Below are positions 10,437-19,890 of a DNA stretch of 64,000 nucleotides, piece by piece. Within the stretch, counting starts at the first letter, position 1. Each line of letters begins with the position of its first letter. The position numbers and the translations under genes are program-made. The notes beneath the pieces are model-generated. The model was not told the origin of the DNA. It searched no databases and saw nothing but the letters and a program-made list of their open reading frames with translations. The stretch spans positions 26,765-90,764 of the forward strand of contig DALYDY010000001.1 of the NCBI GenBank assembly GCA_031972855.1, in the 5' to 3' direction. The stretch comes from Minisyncoccota bacterium. GTDB lineage: Bacteria; Patescibacteriota; Minisyncoccia; Phycocordibacterales; UBA9973.

Positions 10437-10904
10437 TTACCAAGCAAAGTGAGCGAACGCTTTGTTTGATTCTGCCATTTTGTGAGTATCTTGTTTCTTT
10501 TTCACAGCAGTACCTTCATTATTTGAAGCAAGAATGATTTCTTCTGCAAGTTTTTGTGCAATAGGTACACCTTTCTTTGCGCGAGCAGCTTCTTTTATCC
10601 AACGCATTGCAAGAGCATTGCGACGTTCTGGACGAACTTCACGAGGAACTTGATAGTTTGCACCACCAATACGACGTGAGCGAACTTCAATCATTGGAGC
10701 TGCATTTTTAAGTGCATTATCAAAAACTTCCAAAGGATCTGTTCCTAGTTTTTCTTTTATAATATCAAATGCACCGTAAACAGCTTTTTCAGCTGTAACT
10801 TTTTTACCATCCCACATCATGTAGTTAATAAATTTACTTACACGTTCTACATTGTAGACTGCGTCTGGTTTTGCGATATTTCTATTTGTTACTTTTCTTC
10901 TCAT
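10437..10904 (-). CDS. rpsG: 30S ribosomal protein S7
   Basis: 155 aa; uS7-like N-terminus MRRK...[12 protein letters not shown].. Confidence 0.93.
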   Translation of the reverse strand: MRRKVTNRNIAKPDAVYNVERVSKFINYMMWDGKKVTAEKAVYGAFDIIKEKLGTDPLEVFDNALKNAAPMIEVRSRRIGGANYQVPREVRPERRNALAMRWIKEAARAKKGVPIAQKLAEEIILASNNEGTAVKKKQDTHKMAESNKAFAHFAW

Positions 10905-10913
10905 AGATTAATT

Positions 10914-11333
10914 CTATTTTGCTGCTTTAGGGCGCTTTGCACCATAACGTGAACGACTTTTCATACGTTTATCTGGAGCAGTAGCGTCAAGACGACCACG
11001 AACAATAGTGTAACGTACACCGATCAAGTCTTTCACACGACCACCACGAAGCATCACTACTGAGTGCTCTTGGAGTTTGTGACCGATACCTGGAATGTAT
11101 GCTGTTACTTCTTCACCATTAGTGAGACGTACACGAGCGATTTTGCGAAGCGCTGAGTTAGGCTTCTTTGGAGTTGTTGTTGTAACCTTTGTACAAACAC
11201 CGCGTTTAAAAGGCGCAGGGTAATATACTGGACGGTTATGAATGTGATTGAAACCTTTCGCAAGAGCAACAGCTTTTGAGCGCTTTGTTACTTTTGTGCG
11301 GTTTTTCTTAATAAGCTGACTAATTGTAGGCAT
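10914..11333 (-). CDS. rpsL: 30S ribosomal protein S12
   Basis: 139 aa; uS12 hallmarks PTISQLIKK.., ..[10 protein letters not shown].., ..VRGG(R)VKDLPGVRY-like. Confidence 0.95.
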   Translation of the reverse strand: MPTISQLIKKNRTKVTKRSKAVALAKGFNHIHNRPVYYPAPFKRGVCTKVTTTTPKKPNSALRKIARVRLTNGEEVTAYIPGIGHKLQEHSVVMLRGGRVKDLIGVRYTIVRGRLDATAPDKRMKSRSRYGAKRPKAAK

Positions 11334-11442
11334 AAATAAATGGTTCGATTTCTCTCACCACACGGATAATTGATAAAAGCCATAGCATTCGCTCCTTAGA
11401 AACAAGAAAGAATTGCGTTCCGACAGTGTACTATAAAATATA

Positions 11443-13080
11443 CTATTTTGCAAATTTTAAAGCACGCACAACAAAAGATTTGACTATAAGTACGAGAGCG
11501 TAAATACTTGCCACAAAAATATAGTCTTTTTCTGGATTTGTAATAACTAACAACACCACGAGACCAGCACCCAAAACAAAGAATGCTTCAGATACGAGAG
11601 CTACCAATTCTTGAACTGTATATTTATCATCTTTATCTATTTTTACATGAGCGCTTGGTATTACCTGCTTCATTATTATATTTGTTGTAGGTAAACCATT
11701 TTCAGGAACAGTAATACTCATTTCTTGATGCAAAGGTTCGTAGCCATATTTTCTAGCGAGCACTCTATATGTACCAGGAGCTACACTGAAGCTATATTCC
11801 CCTCTATGATTTGTCATTGTTCCGGCAACTTCCCTTCCATGAGAATCAATAAGAACCATAAATACAGGATCTATTGGAACATCATTTTCTGTTTGAACCT
11901 TACCCCAAGACTCCTTTTTCTTTCTAATACCAAGCATTGAAAGTATAAGGGAAATAAATCTTCCTGGGACCAAAAATAGTTCTGAGAAAGCAAGTGGTGT
12001 ATAGAAGAAACTTGTCATAGACAATACAACAGTGGACACAATAAGTCCAAGTACTGATATCGCACCAATATTTGAACGTGTCTCTTTGTCAGACAAAGCA
12101 ACACTTACCCCTCTTGCAGTATCAAAAGCAAATTCAAGTAATGTTTCAGAACTTATTTTAATATTATTAAATGTTCTATCAAAAACATTTGGTAATCCTT
12201 GAGTTATAAAAGTGATTGGGTCTAGATCATTTAGAGATGAGAATGGTTTTCCATAAGGATCAAGTCTTCTTCCATATGAAAAAGGTCTTGGTGGTGGTAG
12301 TGTTGGTTTTTTTATTTCAAAAATATCTTCTTCTTTTTTTATTTCGTCTTTTTTAATTTCTTCTTTTATAAAACAAAGAAGACCTGTACAAGGAGTTACT
12401 GGATTTACAGGATTTAGTGGATTTATCCAATCAAGAGGTGGGGGTGTAAAAGGCCCAGATTCATCATTATCTTCTAGATTCAAACAGCCTCCATCGCTTG
12501 GATAATCAATCATGAAGTCATTGTCATCATCTAGAGTATTGTTACATAGAGGTCTTGCAGGAACAGGTCTCCAATCAGTCTTTACACAACTGTTTGGATA
12601 ATCAGCATCTCCCGTATCACAAGAAAATTTTATCCAACCATAATTTTGAGTCCAAGCATATCCATTGAATTCTCCACTATTATTAATAGTTACTGTTGTG
12701 GCTGAATTATTTACAAATGGACCAAAATTAACCCAACCGGTATTCTCTCCCCAAGCATATCCGGAAATAATTCCATATTTAGTATTAGCAACCTTAAAAT
12801 CATTTGTTCCACAAATATTCGTATTTGAACAATTGAGATTTATCCATCCAATTTGTTCTCCCCACATATATCCTGTAAGTGAAGCATCATTTATTACTAC
12901 ATTATATGAATCCAAAGCTGTGTCAGTGTATTTTCCAGCATTCAATCTTCCAAATCCATCAGAGAATATAGATGATCTGAAAGTAGAGTCAATTGTTCCA
13001 ACTGTTACAGACGCACGCAAAGATAAAGCCCCAGTAAAAAAGACCAGAGCGCAAGAAATAATTATCCATATGCGCTTCAT
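11443..13080 (-). CDS. Secreted/membrane-anchored repeat protein with CarboxypepD_reg-like domain
   Basis: Signal peptide; three or more copies of a roughly 16-aa motif G[YH]xW[GT][EQ]x.GW[IV][NK]F (GYMWGEQIGWINLNC, GYAWGENTGWVNFG, GYAWTQNYGWIKFSC); Pro-rich linker; TM helices; C-terminal segment HRGEYSFSVAPGTYRVLARKYGYEP resembles a carboxypeptidase-regulatory-like beta-sandwich. Confidence 0.55.
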   Translation of the reverse strand: MKRIWIIISCALVFFTGALSLRASVTVGTIDSTFRSSIFSDGFGRLNAGKYTDTALDSYNVVINDASLTGYMWGEQIGWINLNCSNTNICGTNDFKVANTKYGIISGYAWGENTGWVNFGPFVNNSATTVTINNSGEFNGYAWTQNYGWIKFSCDTGDADYPNSCVKTDWRPVPARPLCNNTLDDDNDFMIDYPSDGGCLNLEDNDESGPFTPPPLDWINPLNPVNPVTPCTGLLCFIKEEIKKDEIKKEEDIFEIKKPTLPPPRPFSYGRRLDPYGKPFSSLNDLDPITFITQGLPNVFDRTFNNIKISSETLLEFAFDTARGVSVALSDKETRSNIGAISVLGLIVSTVVLSMTSFFYTPLAFSELFLVPGRFISLILSMLGIRKKKESWGKVQTENDVPIDPVFMVLIDSHGREVAGTMTNHRGEYSFSVAPGTYRVLARKYGYEPLHQEMSITVPENGLPTTNIIMKQVIPSAHVKIDKDDKYTVQELVALVSEAFFVLGAGLVVLLVITNPEKDYIFVASIYALVLIVKSFVVRALKFAK

Positions 13081-13111
13081 AATATAAATTATAAACTATT
13101 TAATATATATT

Positions 13112-13738
13112 TTATAGAGAAATTCCTGTGAGTAACAAGAATAAAAAATATAGTATAGGCATTGCTATTGATTGCCATAAAAAGAAAATGAAGAAAAGCA
13201 GTATTACTAAACTATATTGTTCTAAAAATCTTTGAACATTGTAATATTTTGAAGGTAGTAAAGAAAAAAGAATTTTTGAACCATCAAGAGGTGGTATTGG
13301 AATAAGATTAAAAATAGCAAGAATTATATTTACAATCACAATAGCAGAGAATGCTTGAAGTATTCCAGGTGCTGTGAGTCCGAGTACTGGTGAAAATCTT
13401 ATAAGAAGACCAAAAACTATCGCTAAAACTAGATTGGAAATAATACCAGCACTGGCAACCAATAATGTTCCCCATTTAAAATTCCTTAAATTATTTGGAT
13501 TGTAAGGAACAGGTTTTGCCCAACCAATAATAAATCCTGCATTAGTAAGAACAAGAATAAGTGGCAAAAATATAGAACCTATAGGGTCTAAGTGTTTTAT
13601 AGGATTCATTGTAAGACGCCCTGACAGCTTGGCTGTTGGATCACCTTGTGAAAGAGCTGCGTATCCATGAGCTATTTCGTGAATAATCACAGAAAGCATC
13701 AATATTACTACATAAAATATACCTTGTATTAATTCCAT
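13112..13738 (-). CDS. Site-2 protease family (M50) membrane metalloprotease
   Basis: HEIAHG (HExxH) in a TM helix plus downstream ..PPLDGSK.. (LDG motif); polytopic. Confidence 0.7.
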   Translation of the reverse strand: MELIQGIFYVVILMLSVIIHEIAHGYAALSQGDPTAKLSGRLTMNPIKHLDPIGSIFLPLILVLTNAGFIIGWAKPVPYNPNNLRNFKWGTLLVASAGIISNLVLAIVFGLLIRFSPVLGLTAPGILQAFSAIVIVNIILAIFNLIPIPPLDGSKILFSLLPSKYYNVQRFLEQYSLVILLFFIFFLWQSIAMPILYFLFLLLTGISL

Positions 13739-13883
13739 AGGGTTTAATTATAGCATGGAAAAAAGTATACATAATATAGTAGTTATACTTATTTTTATTA
13801 TATTTTCTATACCTTATCCACGATATATTAATTACTCTTTATTTTCTTGCGAAAAATAAAGCATTGTGGTAATATAACGGTCT

Positions 13884-14129
13884 ATGGCAAAAGCTTGTGC
13901 AATAACTAAAAAAAGTTCAATAGTAGGAGGCGGATACTCTAATCGTGTTCGTGCTACAAAATACACTCCAACAGGAAAGGTTCGTAAATACATCAATCTT
14001 CAAAAGAAGCGTATTTTTGTTCCTGAACTTGGACAAACATTTGTACTAAACCTATCTACAAAAGCAATCCGCACTATTGCAAAAAACGGTGCATTCCAAA
14101 CTCTTAAAAAAGCTGGTTTGATAAAATAA
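13884..14129 (+). CDS. rpmB: 50S ribosomal protein L28
   Basis: 81 aa, MAKACAITKK....G..SNRVRATK.. matches the bL28 N-terminal pattern; followed by a strong terminator. Confidence 0.7.
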   Translation: MAKACAITKKSSIVGGGYSNRVRATKYTPTGKVRKYINLQKKRIFVPELGQTFVLNLSTKAIRTIAKNGAFQTLKKAGLIK

Positions 14130-14139
14130 TTATAAAAAA

Positions 14140-14167
14140 GTGGGACCCTTCGGGTCCCACTTTTTTG
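14140..14167 (+). terminator. Rho-independent terminator (GTGGGACCC-ttcg-GGGTCCCAC + T7)
   Basis: Perfect 9-bp stem followed by a T-run; the same stem arms recur at 41.8 kb. Confidence 0.8.
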
Positions 14168-14222
14168 TTTTAAATACCCCACAATCACTTCTCTATAGCC
14201 ACTGTGATATACTTCATATTAT

Positions 14223-14645
14223 ATGAAAGAAAATCTTATACAAAAACCTCACACATTTTTAAAAGAACTTCGTGAATTTGCAACAAAAGGAAGTGTTGTT
14301 GATCTTGCTCTAGGTATAATTATCGGTGGCGGATTTGGAAAAGTTGTTTCATCGCTTGTTTCTGATGTTATTATGCCTCCTATTGGACTTTTGATTGGTG
14401 GAGTGAATTTTACTGATATAAAATTTATTCTTCGAAGTGCAACAGATGTAGCCCCAGCAATAACTCTAAACATTGGAGCTTTTGTACAAACATTATTTGA
14501 TTTTGTTATAGTAGCAACAGTTATGTTTGTTGCAATAAAAATGATGAACCGTCTTCGTCGTGAACAAAAAGAAGAAGTTAAACAAGAAGAAACTTCAGAA
14601 CAAATTCTCCTTCTTCGTGAAATAAGAGATAGTTTGAAAAAATAA
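14223..14645 (+). CDS. mscL: Large-conductance mechanosensitive channel
   Basis: 140 aa; EFREFATKGSVVDLALGIIIG(G)GFGKVVSSLVSDVIMPPIGLLIGG is the canonical MscL N-terminus/TM1. Confidence 0.9.
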   Translation: MKENLIQKPHTFLKELREFATKGSVVDLALGIIIGGGFGKVVSSLVSDVIMPPIGLLIGGVNFTDIKFILRSATDVAPAITLNIGAFVQTLFDFVIVATVMFVAIKMMNRLRREQKEEVKQEETSEQILLLREIRDSLKK

Positions 14646-14680
14646 TTTCAAAAATAAAAACCTCCCCTTTCGGTTTGGTT

Positions 14681-15328
14681 TTATAAAAATTCATAAATTT
14701 CTTCACCTTTAATCTTTTTTCTATTTGAATAATTTAAAGAGAATATTTTTTCATGATCCAAAGATTGGAATATTCTTAATATGATTGGAATATTATTTAA
14801 CAAATTATCAAGATTTTCTCCTTCATAATAAAGTTTTTTAAATTCTTTCCCATTTGGATTAATAGCACAGGAAGGACCAGGTTTAAGACGTGAACTACTC
14901 CTAGTTGTAACTTGTCCACTAGATAAACGTAATTCTGGTTTAATACTAAATACATTACCTAATAAACCTTTAACTTTTAAAGTTATTTCACCGTTTCCTT
15001 TTGGAGAAATTTCTTTGTACATTGAAGGGTATTTTATTTCTGCTGAAAAAACTTCAACCTTACTAAAATGATCTTCAGTACAAATATTTAGCACATCCCT
15101 TAATGTGTTCGATATTTCAACAATTCCACTATTTTTATTAGCTTTATTGTGTATTTTATAATCAAATAAATCTACAAGCTTTGACAAACTCTTTAATTCT
15201 GAACGGAAATAGATATGTAGTGGGTCTTTTACAAAACCATGCAATTCTTCAATTGCATGTTCTGTTGTGTTGCCTATTTCTTTCAAGCAAGAATAGAAAT
15301 TAGGATAGATGTTTGGTGTTTTTTCCAT
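14681..15328 (-). CDS. Hypothetical protein
   Basis: 215 aa ORF, no motif I recognise. Confidence 0.4.
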   Translation of the reverse strand: MEKTPNIYPNFYSCLKEIGNTTEHAIEELHGFVKDPLHIYFRSELKSLSKLVDLFDYKIHNKANKNSGIVEISNTLRDVLNICTEDHFSKVEVFSAEIKYPSMYKEISPKGNGEITLKVKGLLGNVFSIKPELRLSSGQVTTRSSSRLKPGPSCAINPNGKEFKKLYYEGENLDNLLNNIPIILRIFQSLDHEKIFSLNYSNRKKIKGEEIYEFL

Positions 15329-15378
15329 TTATTTTTTAAATTTTCTTAAATATACTTATATAAGTATATTTTGTCAAA

Positions 15379-16266
15379 TTACTCACAAACCAAAATCATA
15401 CTCTTAGGGAAGCATTTTATCGTCCCTTCTGTACTTGTTTCCAAATATGTAATTTTCAAAAAGTTTAATCTATCGGTAATTTCTTTGTGTGGGTGTCCAT
15501 ATGAATTATTAATACCAGCCGAAATTATTGCGACTTTTGGCTGAACAATTTTTAAGTATTCTAGAGATGTAGAAGTTCGAGATCCATGATGTCCGAGCTT
15601 CAATATATCTGCACGTAAATTGTCACCGTCTCTATTTATTAAATATAATTCTTTAGAAGCTGGAGAGTCTCCTGTCAGTAAAACATTTCCGTAAGGAGTC
15701 TCGAGTATCCCTACGGTTGAAGCTTCATTGGTCTCCCACCCTGTTACATCTTGATCTGGAAAAATAATACGGAAAGTTATTTGATTCTCTTTATCAAGTA
15801 CAATATTCATTCCAGCTCTTGCAAGTAAATGAGGGATATCTTTTTCTTTTATTAAATTTTGAAATGATGAATATATTTTTGAACTTGAAGAAACTCCTGG
15901 CTCCAATATCGCGCCAACATTATAATTATTCAAAACATCAACCAATCCTCCGATGTGGTCTGCATCTGGATGAGTGCCTATTACCACATCAATACTAGTA
16001 TCATTTACCGGTAATACTTCTTTCAACTTACTCAAGACTTTCTTATCTCTACCTCCATCAACAAGTAATTGTCTACTGTTTGGAGCTTGAATCAATATAC
16101 TATCACCCTGCCCAACATCTAAAAATGATATAGAAAAATATTCTTGAGACTTTTTGTTCTTAAACAAAAATATAGATGACCCTATTGTTATTAAAATAAG
16201 AATTAAAACAATTCTCCAAAGCCATTTGGTTGACTGCATAATTCTAGTATAATAGGAATTATGCAA
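15379..16266 (-). CDS. ComEC C-terminal-like metallo-beta-lactamase domain protein
   Basis: N-terminal TM helix; DVGQGDS.., HPDADHIGG, ..LGHHGS MBL-fold motifs typical of the ComEC/Rec2 nuclease domain; encoded separately from the ComEC channel domain. Confidence 0.7.
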   Translation of the reverse strand: MHNSYYTRIMQSTKWLWRIVLILILITIGSSIFLFKNKKSQEYFSISFLDVGQGDSILIQAPNSRQLLVDGGRDKKVLSKLKEVLPVNDTSIDVVIGTHPDADHIGGLVDVLNNYNVGAILEPGVSSSSKIYSSFQNLIKEKDIPHLLARAGMNIVLDKENQITFRIIFPDQDVTGWETNEASTVGILETPYGNVLLTGDSPASKELYLINRDGDNLRADILKLGHHGSRTSTSLEYLKIVQPKVAIISAGINNSYGHPHKEITDRLNFLKITYLETSTEGTIKCFPKSMILVCE

Positions 16267-16866
16267 AAATTCATAGAAAAAACTTTTGAGATCCCAGAAC
16301 TATCAGGAATAAGTACTAAAAATATAGAAGAACATCTAAAACTTTATAAAGGATACGTAAACAACACCAATAATGTTGTAGAAAAAATAAGTAAATTGAG
16401 TGAAGAATTTTTCCGCGATGGAGCTGATAATTCATATCTTATAGCAGAACTCTTCCGCCGCTTTTCTTTCGAATACAATGGAATGAGAAATCACGAAGTT
16501 TATTTCAGTTCCTTATCTGGAGGACCAAAAGAACTTGATCCAGAAAGTGACCTCGCGAAAAAAATATCACAAGAATGCGTGTCTTTCGAAATATTCATGA
16601 CGGGCTTCAAAAATATTGCTCTCACTCGTGGTGTTGGATGGGCAGTACTGTGGTATGACAAGCGCGAAGATAGACTTATCGCTTCATGGGTGGACGAACA
16701 ACACTTAGGCCAATTGAATGGTTGTGAAATGATTCTCGCTATCGATATGTGGGAACATGCATATGTATATGACTTCCCCACATCAGCAAAGAAAGACTAT
16801 GTTGAAGCATTCTTCAAAAATATAAATTGGAGCGTAATCGAAGAAAATTTTAACAAAGCAAAATAA
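16261..16866 (+). CDS. sodA: Fe/Mn superoxide dismutase
   Basis: 201 aa; GWAVLWYD.., ..DMWEHAYVYDF (the DxWEHAYY metal-site motif). Confidence 0.9.
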   Translation: MQKFIEKTFEIPELSGISTKNIEEHLKLYKGYVNNTNNVVEKISKLSEEFFRDGADNSYLIAELFRRFSFEYNGMRNHEVYFSSLSGGPKELDPESDLAKKISQECVSFEIFMTGFKNIALTRGVGWAVLWYDKREDRLIASWVDEQHLGQLNGCEMILAIDMWEHAYVYDFPTSAKKDYVEAFFKNINWSVIEENFNKAK

Positions 16867-16892
16867 ATTAAAAAACCTCCGCACGGAGGTTT

Positions 16893-17171
16893 TTATATTA
16901 AAGACCATAGAATACCTTTTCTTTTTTTATATTGAGCAATCCTAATTTGAGATCTTACATAAAAATTGAAAAATACCCAAAAGACAAAAAAGAATACAAA
17001 AAAATACAAAGACTCAGTATCTATCAAAGAAATTATTCCAGAAACAAGAGCACCCCAATAAACCACTTCTCTAATTATAAAAAGTAGAGGATGAATATAG
17101 TGTTTATACTTCCAATCATGATGAGGACAAAAATACCAATATACTTTTGCCCAAAAGTTTTTATTTTTCAT
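16893..17171 (-). CDS. Small membrane protein
   Basis: 92 aa, two hydrophobic helices. Confidence 0.35.
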   Translation of the reverse strand: MKNKNFWAKVYWYFCPHHDWKYKHYIHPLLFIIREVVYWGALVSGIISLIDTESLYFFVFFFVFWVFFNFYVRSQIRIAQYKKRKGILWSLI

Positions 17172-17201
17172 TTTTAATTAATTTTCAAAAAGTATATACT
17201 T

Positions 17202-18509
17202 TTATTTTTTATTGTCAAAACTTTTTAAAGAAAAATAAAATATAAGTGTATATATAAAAATTAAAAACCAAATAGAAAATTCAGGTATATACATTACAGA
17301 AGTAGAAACACTCGAAACAAAGCTAATTATTTTTAAGATCAAAAATAGAAGATATTCTAAAATAACAGAAAAAGGTATTGCGAGCGGTAAATATATCAAT
17401 CCAAAAACTCCAACCAAAAATGAAAGAAGCATCGCTAAAGGAATAAGTGGAATAATTAAAATATTTATAGGAATAGAAAATACAGAAACAATACCTGTAG
17501 AAAATATTATTAGAGGCAGTACCATGAGAGTCGCTCCCAAGGTCGTTGCGAGAAGTTCTCTAATACCAAACCTCAATGTTATAAAAAATAAATATTTAAT
17601 TATTTTTGGAGCAATCACAATAACTCCAAAAGTTGCAAGAAATGACAATTGAAATGAAATATTAAAAATAACTTTTGGTTCAATGAGTATCATAATAAGA
17701 CCTGCTATCACAAGTGTACGAAGAGCAATGTTGGTGCGTCCTGTATATTTTGCTATAAGAACAATGATAGCCATAATACCAGCCCGTACAGCAGTCGCCG
17801 AACCTCCTGTCATAATTACAAAAAATATAATTCCAATAATTCCTCCAAAGATTGAAACATTGAATGAAAATATTTGTCGAAGTACAGATGTAATACTCTC
17901 TGCAACTATAGTTATGTTGTACCCAGACAAAGCGACAATATGAATAGTCCCTGTTCTAACAAAATCATCTTTTATTTTTTTATCAAAACCAGTTTTGTCT
18001 CCAAGTAATATTCCATTGGCTAACGCACTCTCATTCCCGTACAAAAGTTTATTAATAGAATTTTTAAAATTATTTTGAAAGGAAAATAAAAATCTTTTTA
18101 TAGAATATTTTGGTCTATCTATTTTAGATATTTTAGATCCTGAAATTATTGCTAGAATATTTTGAGATTCAAGATAAGTATCATATGCAAATTCTCTACC
18201 ATTATCAGTCTCAAATGGTTCTGGTTTTTCTAATTTTCCCGACAGTTTTATTTTGTCTCCAAAAAATACTTTTGGATTTTCATAAGTTCTTACAAGTACT
18301 AAAAAATTTTGATTATCAGGTCTAACATTAAAAGAAAAAGTATATTCACTTTCTACAACAGGTGAAACGACCTTACCAGACACTATTACCTTTTTATCAA
18401 AATTATCTTTGAAGATATTTGGGAGAGTTGTTGAGAATAAAAAAAGCCGGACCAAAGTTATAACACCCACAAGTCCGACCAAAATAATATCTACATATTT
18501 TTTATTCAT
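17202..18509 (-). CDS. comEC: ComEC/Rec2 competence channel domain protein (N-terminal part)
   Basis: 435 aa; N-terminal OB/DUF4131-like region then a polytopic competence domain (many TM helices, ..GYNITIV.., ..GGSATAVRAG..). Confidence 0.7.
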   Translation of the reverse strand: MNKKYVDIILVGLVGVITLVRLFLFSTTLPNIFKDNFDKKVIVSGKVVSPVVESEYTFSFNVRPDNQNFLVLVRTYENPKVFFGDKIKLSGKLEKPEPFETDNGREFAYDTYLESQNILAIISGSKISKIDRPKYSIKRFLFSFQNNFKNSINKLLYGNESALANGILLGDKTGFDKKIKDDFVRTGTIHIVALSGYNITIVAESITSVLRQIFSFNVSIFGGIIGIIFFVIMTGGSATAVRAGIMAIIVLIAKYTGRTNIALRTLVIAGLIMILIEPKVIFNISFQLSFLATFGVIVIAPKIIKYLFFITLRFGIRELLATTLGATLMVLPLIIFSTGIVSVFSIPINILIIPLIPLAMLLSFLVGVFGLIYLPLAIPFSVILEYLLFLILKIISFVSSVSTSVMYIPEFSIWFLIFIYTLIFYFSLKSFDNKK

Positions 18510-18519
18510 AACCTTTTAT

Positions 18520-19044
18520 TTACAATTTACCAAAACGTTTTTCATACTCGTGTAACTGACCTTGGTAGAGAGCACATGTTCCAGTCTGTGCGTAGGTAGT
18601 CGCAATCGTATCTACCCTTTCGTTTCCAGAAACACCCGCATGACCCTTCACTTTCTCCCAAGAAATATTTTTGAAGTATTGTGAAACAGATCGGAGACGC
18701 TTCCATAAGTCTTGATTGAGGACTTCTTTCTTGTTTGCAGTGCGCCAATTATTCTTCTCCCAATTATCTATCCAAGAGGTTATTCCTGATAGCACATACT
18801 GAGAATCTGCATATACTACAATCTTTTCTTTAATATCTGTATCGATTGTTTGAAGTCTTTCGAGGGCAGATATTACAGAGAATAGCTCCATTCTGTTGTT
18901 GGTTGTTTGTTTCTCACTTCCTCCTATTTCTACAATAGTACTTTTAGCCTTATCTTTCTGATGAAACAAAATCACAGTGCCCCACCCACCCGGACCTGGA
19001 TTACCAAGAGAACTTCCATCTGTATATATTTCTATTTTTTCCAT
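18520..19044 (-). CDS. rnhA: Ribonuclease HI
   Basis: IYTDGSSLGNPGPGGWG, ..ADSQYV.., ..GHAG..GNERVD RNase H catalytic motifs. Confidence 0.9.
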   Translation of the reverse strand: MEKIEIYTDGSSLGNPGPGGWGTVILFHQKDKAKSTIVEIGGSEKQTTNNRMELFSVISALERLQTIDTDIKEKIVVYADSQYVLSGITSWIDNWEKNNWRTANKKEVLNQDLWKRLRSVSQYFKNISWEKVKGHAGVSGNERVDTIATTYAQTGTCALYQGQLHEYEKRFGKL

Positions 19045-19096
19045 ATATGAATTGTATCAGAAATGCGAAACAAAAGGCAGAACAAAAAGAAAAACG

Positions 19097-19759
19097 CTAC
19101 AACGTAGCGCTTTTTGTTTCGAATTCTCTCCACGAATCAATATTATTTAGATTAATACAATCAATGTATGAAATTATTGTTGTAATCAAACTAATACAAT
19201 GTGAAACTCCTTGGTTATTTTTATTACAAATAAAATTATCAATATAAAGAATTGAAGAAGTGTCTATTTTTTCTTTTAAACTTAGTCTGAAACCACACCC
19301 TCCAAAAATGAGAGCAATATTTTCAACAAACAAATTACCTGAATTAAAGATAGTTAACTCATCTTCTTCGCTGGTTTCTTTTAAACACCCATTATTAAAA
19401 ATCGAATTAATCAATCTCTTTGAAAGAAAAGAAATATGATCATTTTCTTTTTTATTTTTTTCCATAAAATCAATCCATTGCTGGAAGAAATTTGCTTCAG
19501 GATTTTTTCTTAAAAAATACCTCAAACAAATCACAGTTTTAACACTCTCAACGCAAGCTCTTTTCACTTCTTCGTTTGAGTTACTAAGTATAAGTATGGC
19601 CAATTGTTTTTGAAGATGCTCACAAAAAACAGGAACCCAATCTTTCCGCATTTTGTCTGACAAATCCCAAAGTGTTTTTTGGTCTTTATTTAAAAAATCT
19701 GGGACATTAGGAAGTTCAGAGATTTTATAATCTCGGAAAAAATCTACTATATTTTTCAT
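19097..19759 (-). CDS. Hypothetical protein
   Basis: 220 aa. Confidence 0.4.
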   Translation of the reverse strand: MKNIVDFFRDYKISELPNVPDFLNKDQKTLWDLSDKMRKDWVPVFCEHLQKQLAILILSNSNEEVKRACVESVKTVICLRYFLRKNPEANFFQQWIDFMEKNKKENDHISFLSKRLINSIFNNGCLKETSEEDELTIFNSGNLFVENIALIFGGCGFRLSLKEKIDTSSILYIDNFICNKNNQGVSHCISLITTIISYIDCINLNNIDSWREFETKSATL

Positions 19760-19890
19760 TTGTTTAATTTTAATTTGTAATAACTTTATAGTAATTATGT
19801 TTGTGTGTCAAACATAATTAGAGATAATAACATCAAAAAACTATAATTTGACATATATTATTTTTAAATATAGTATAAACAAAAAACTAT

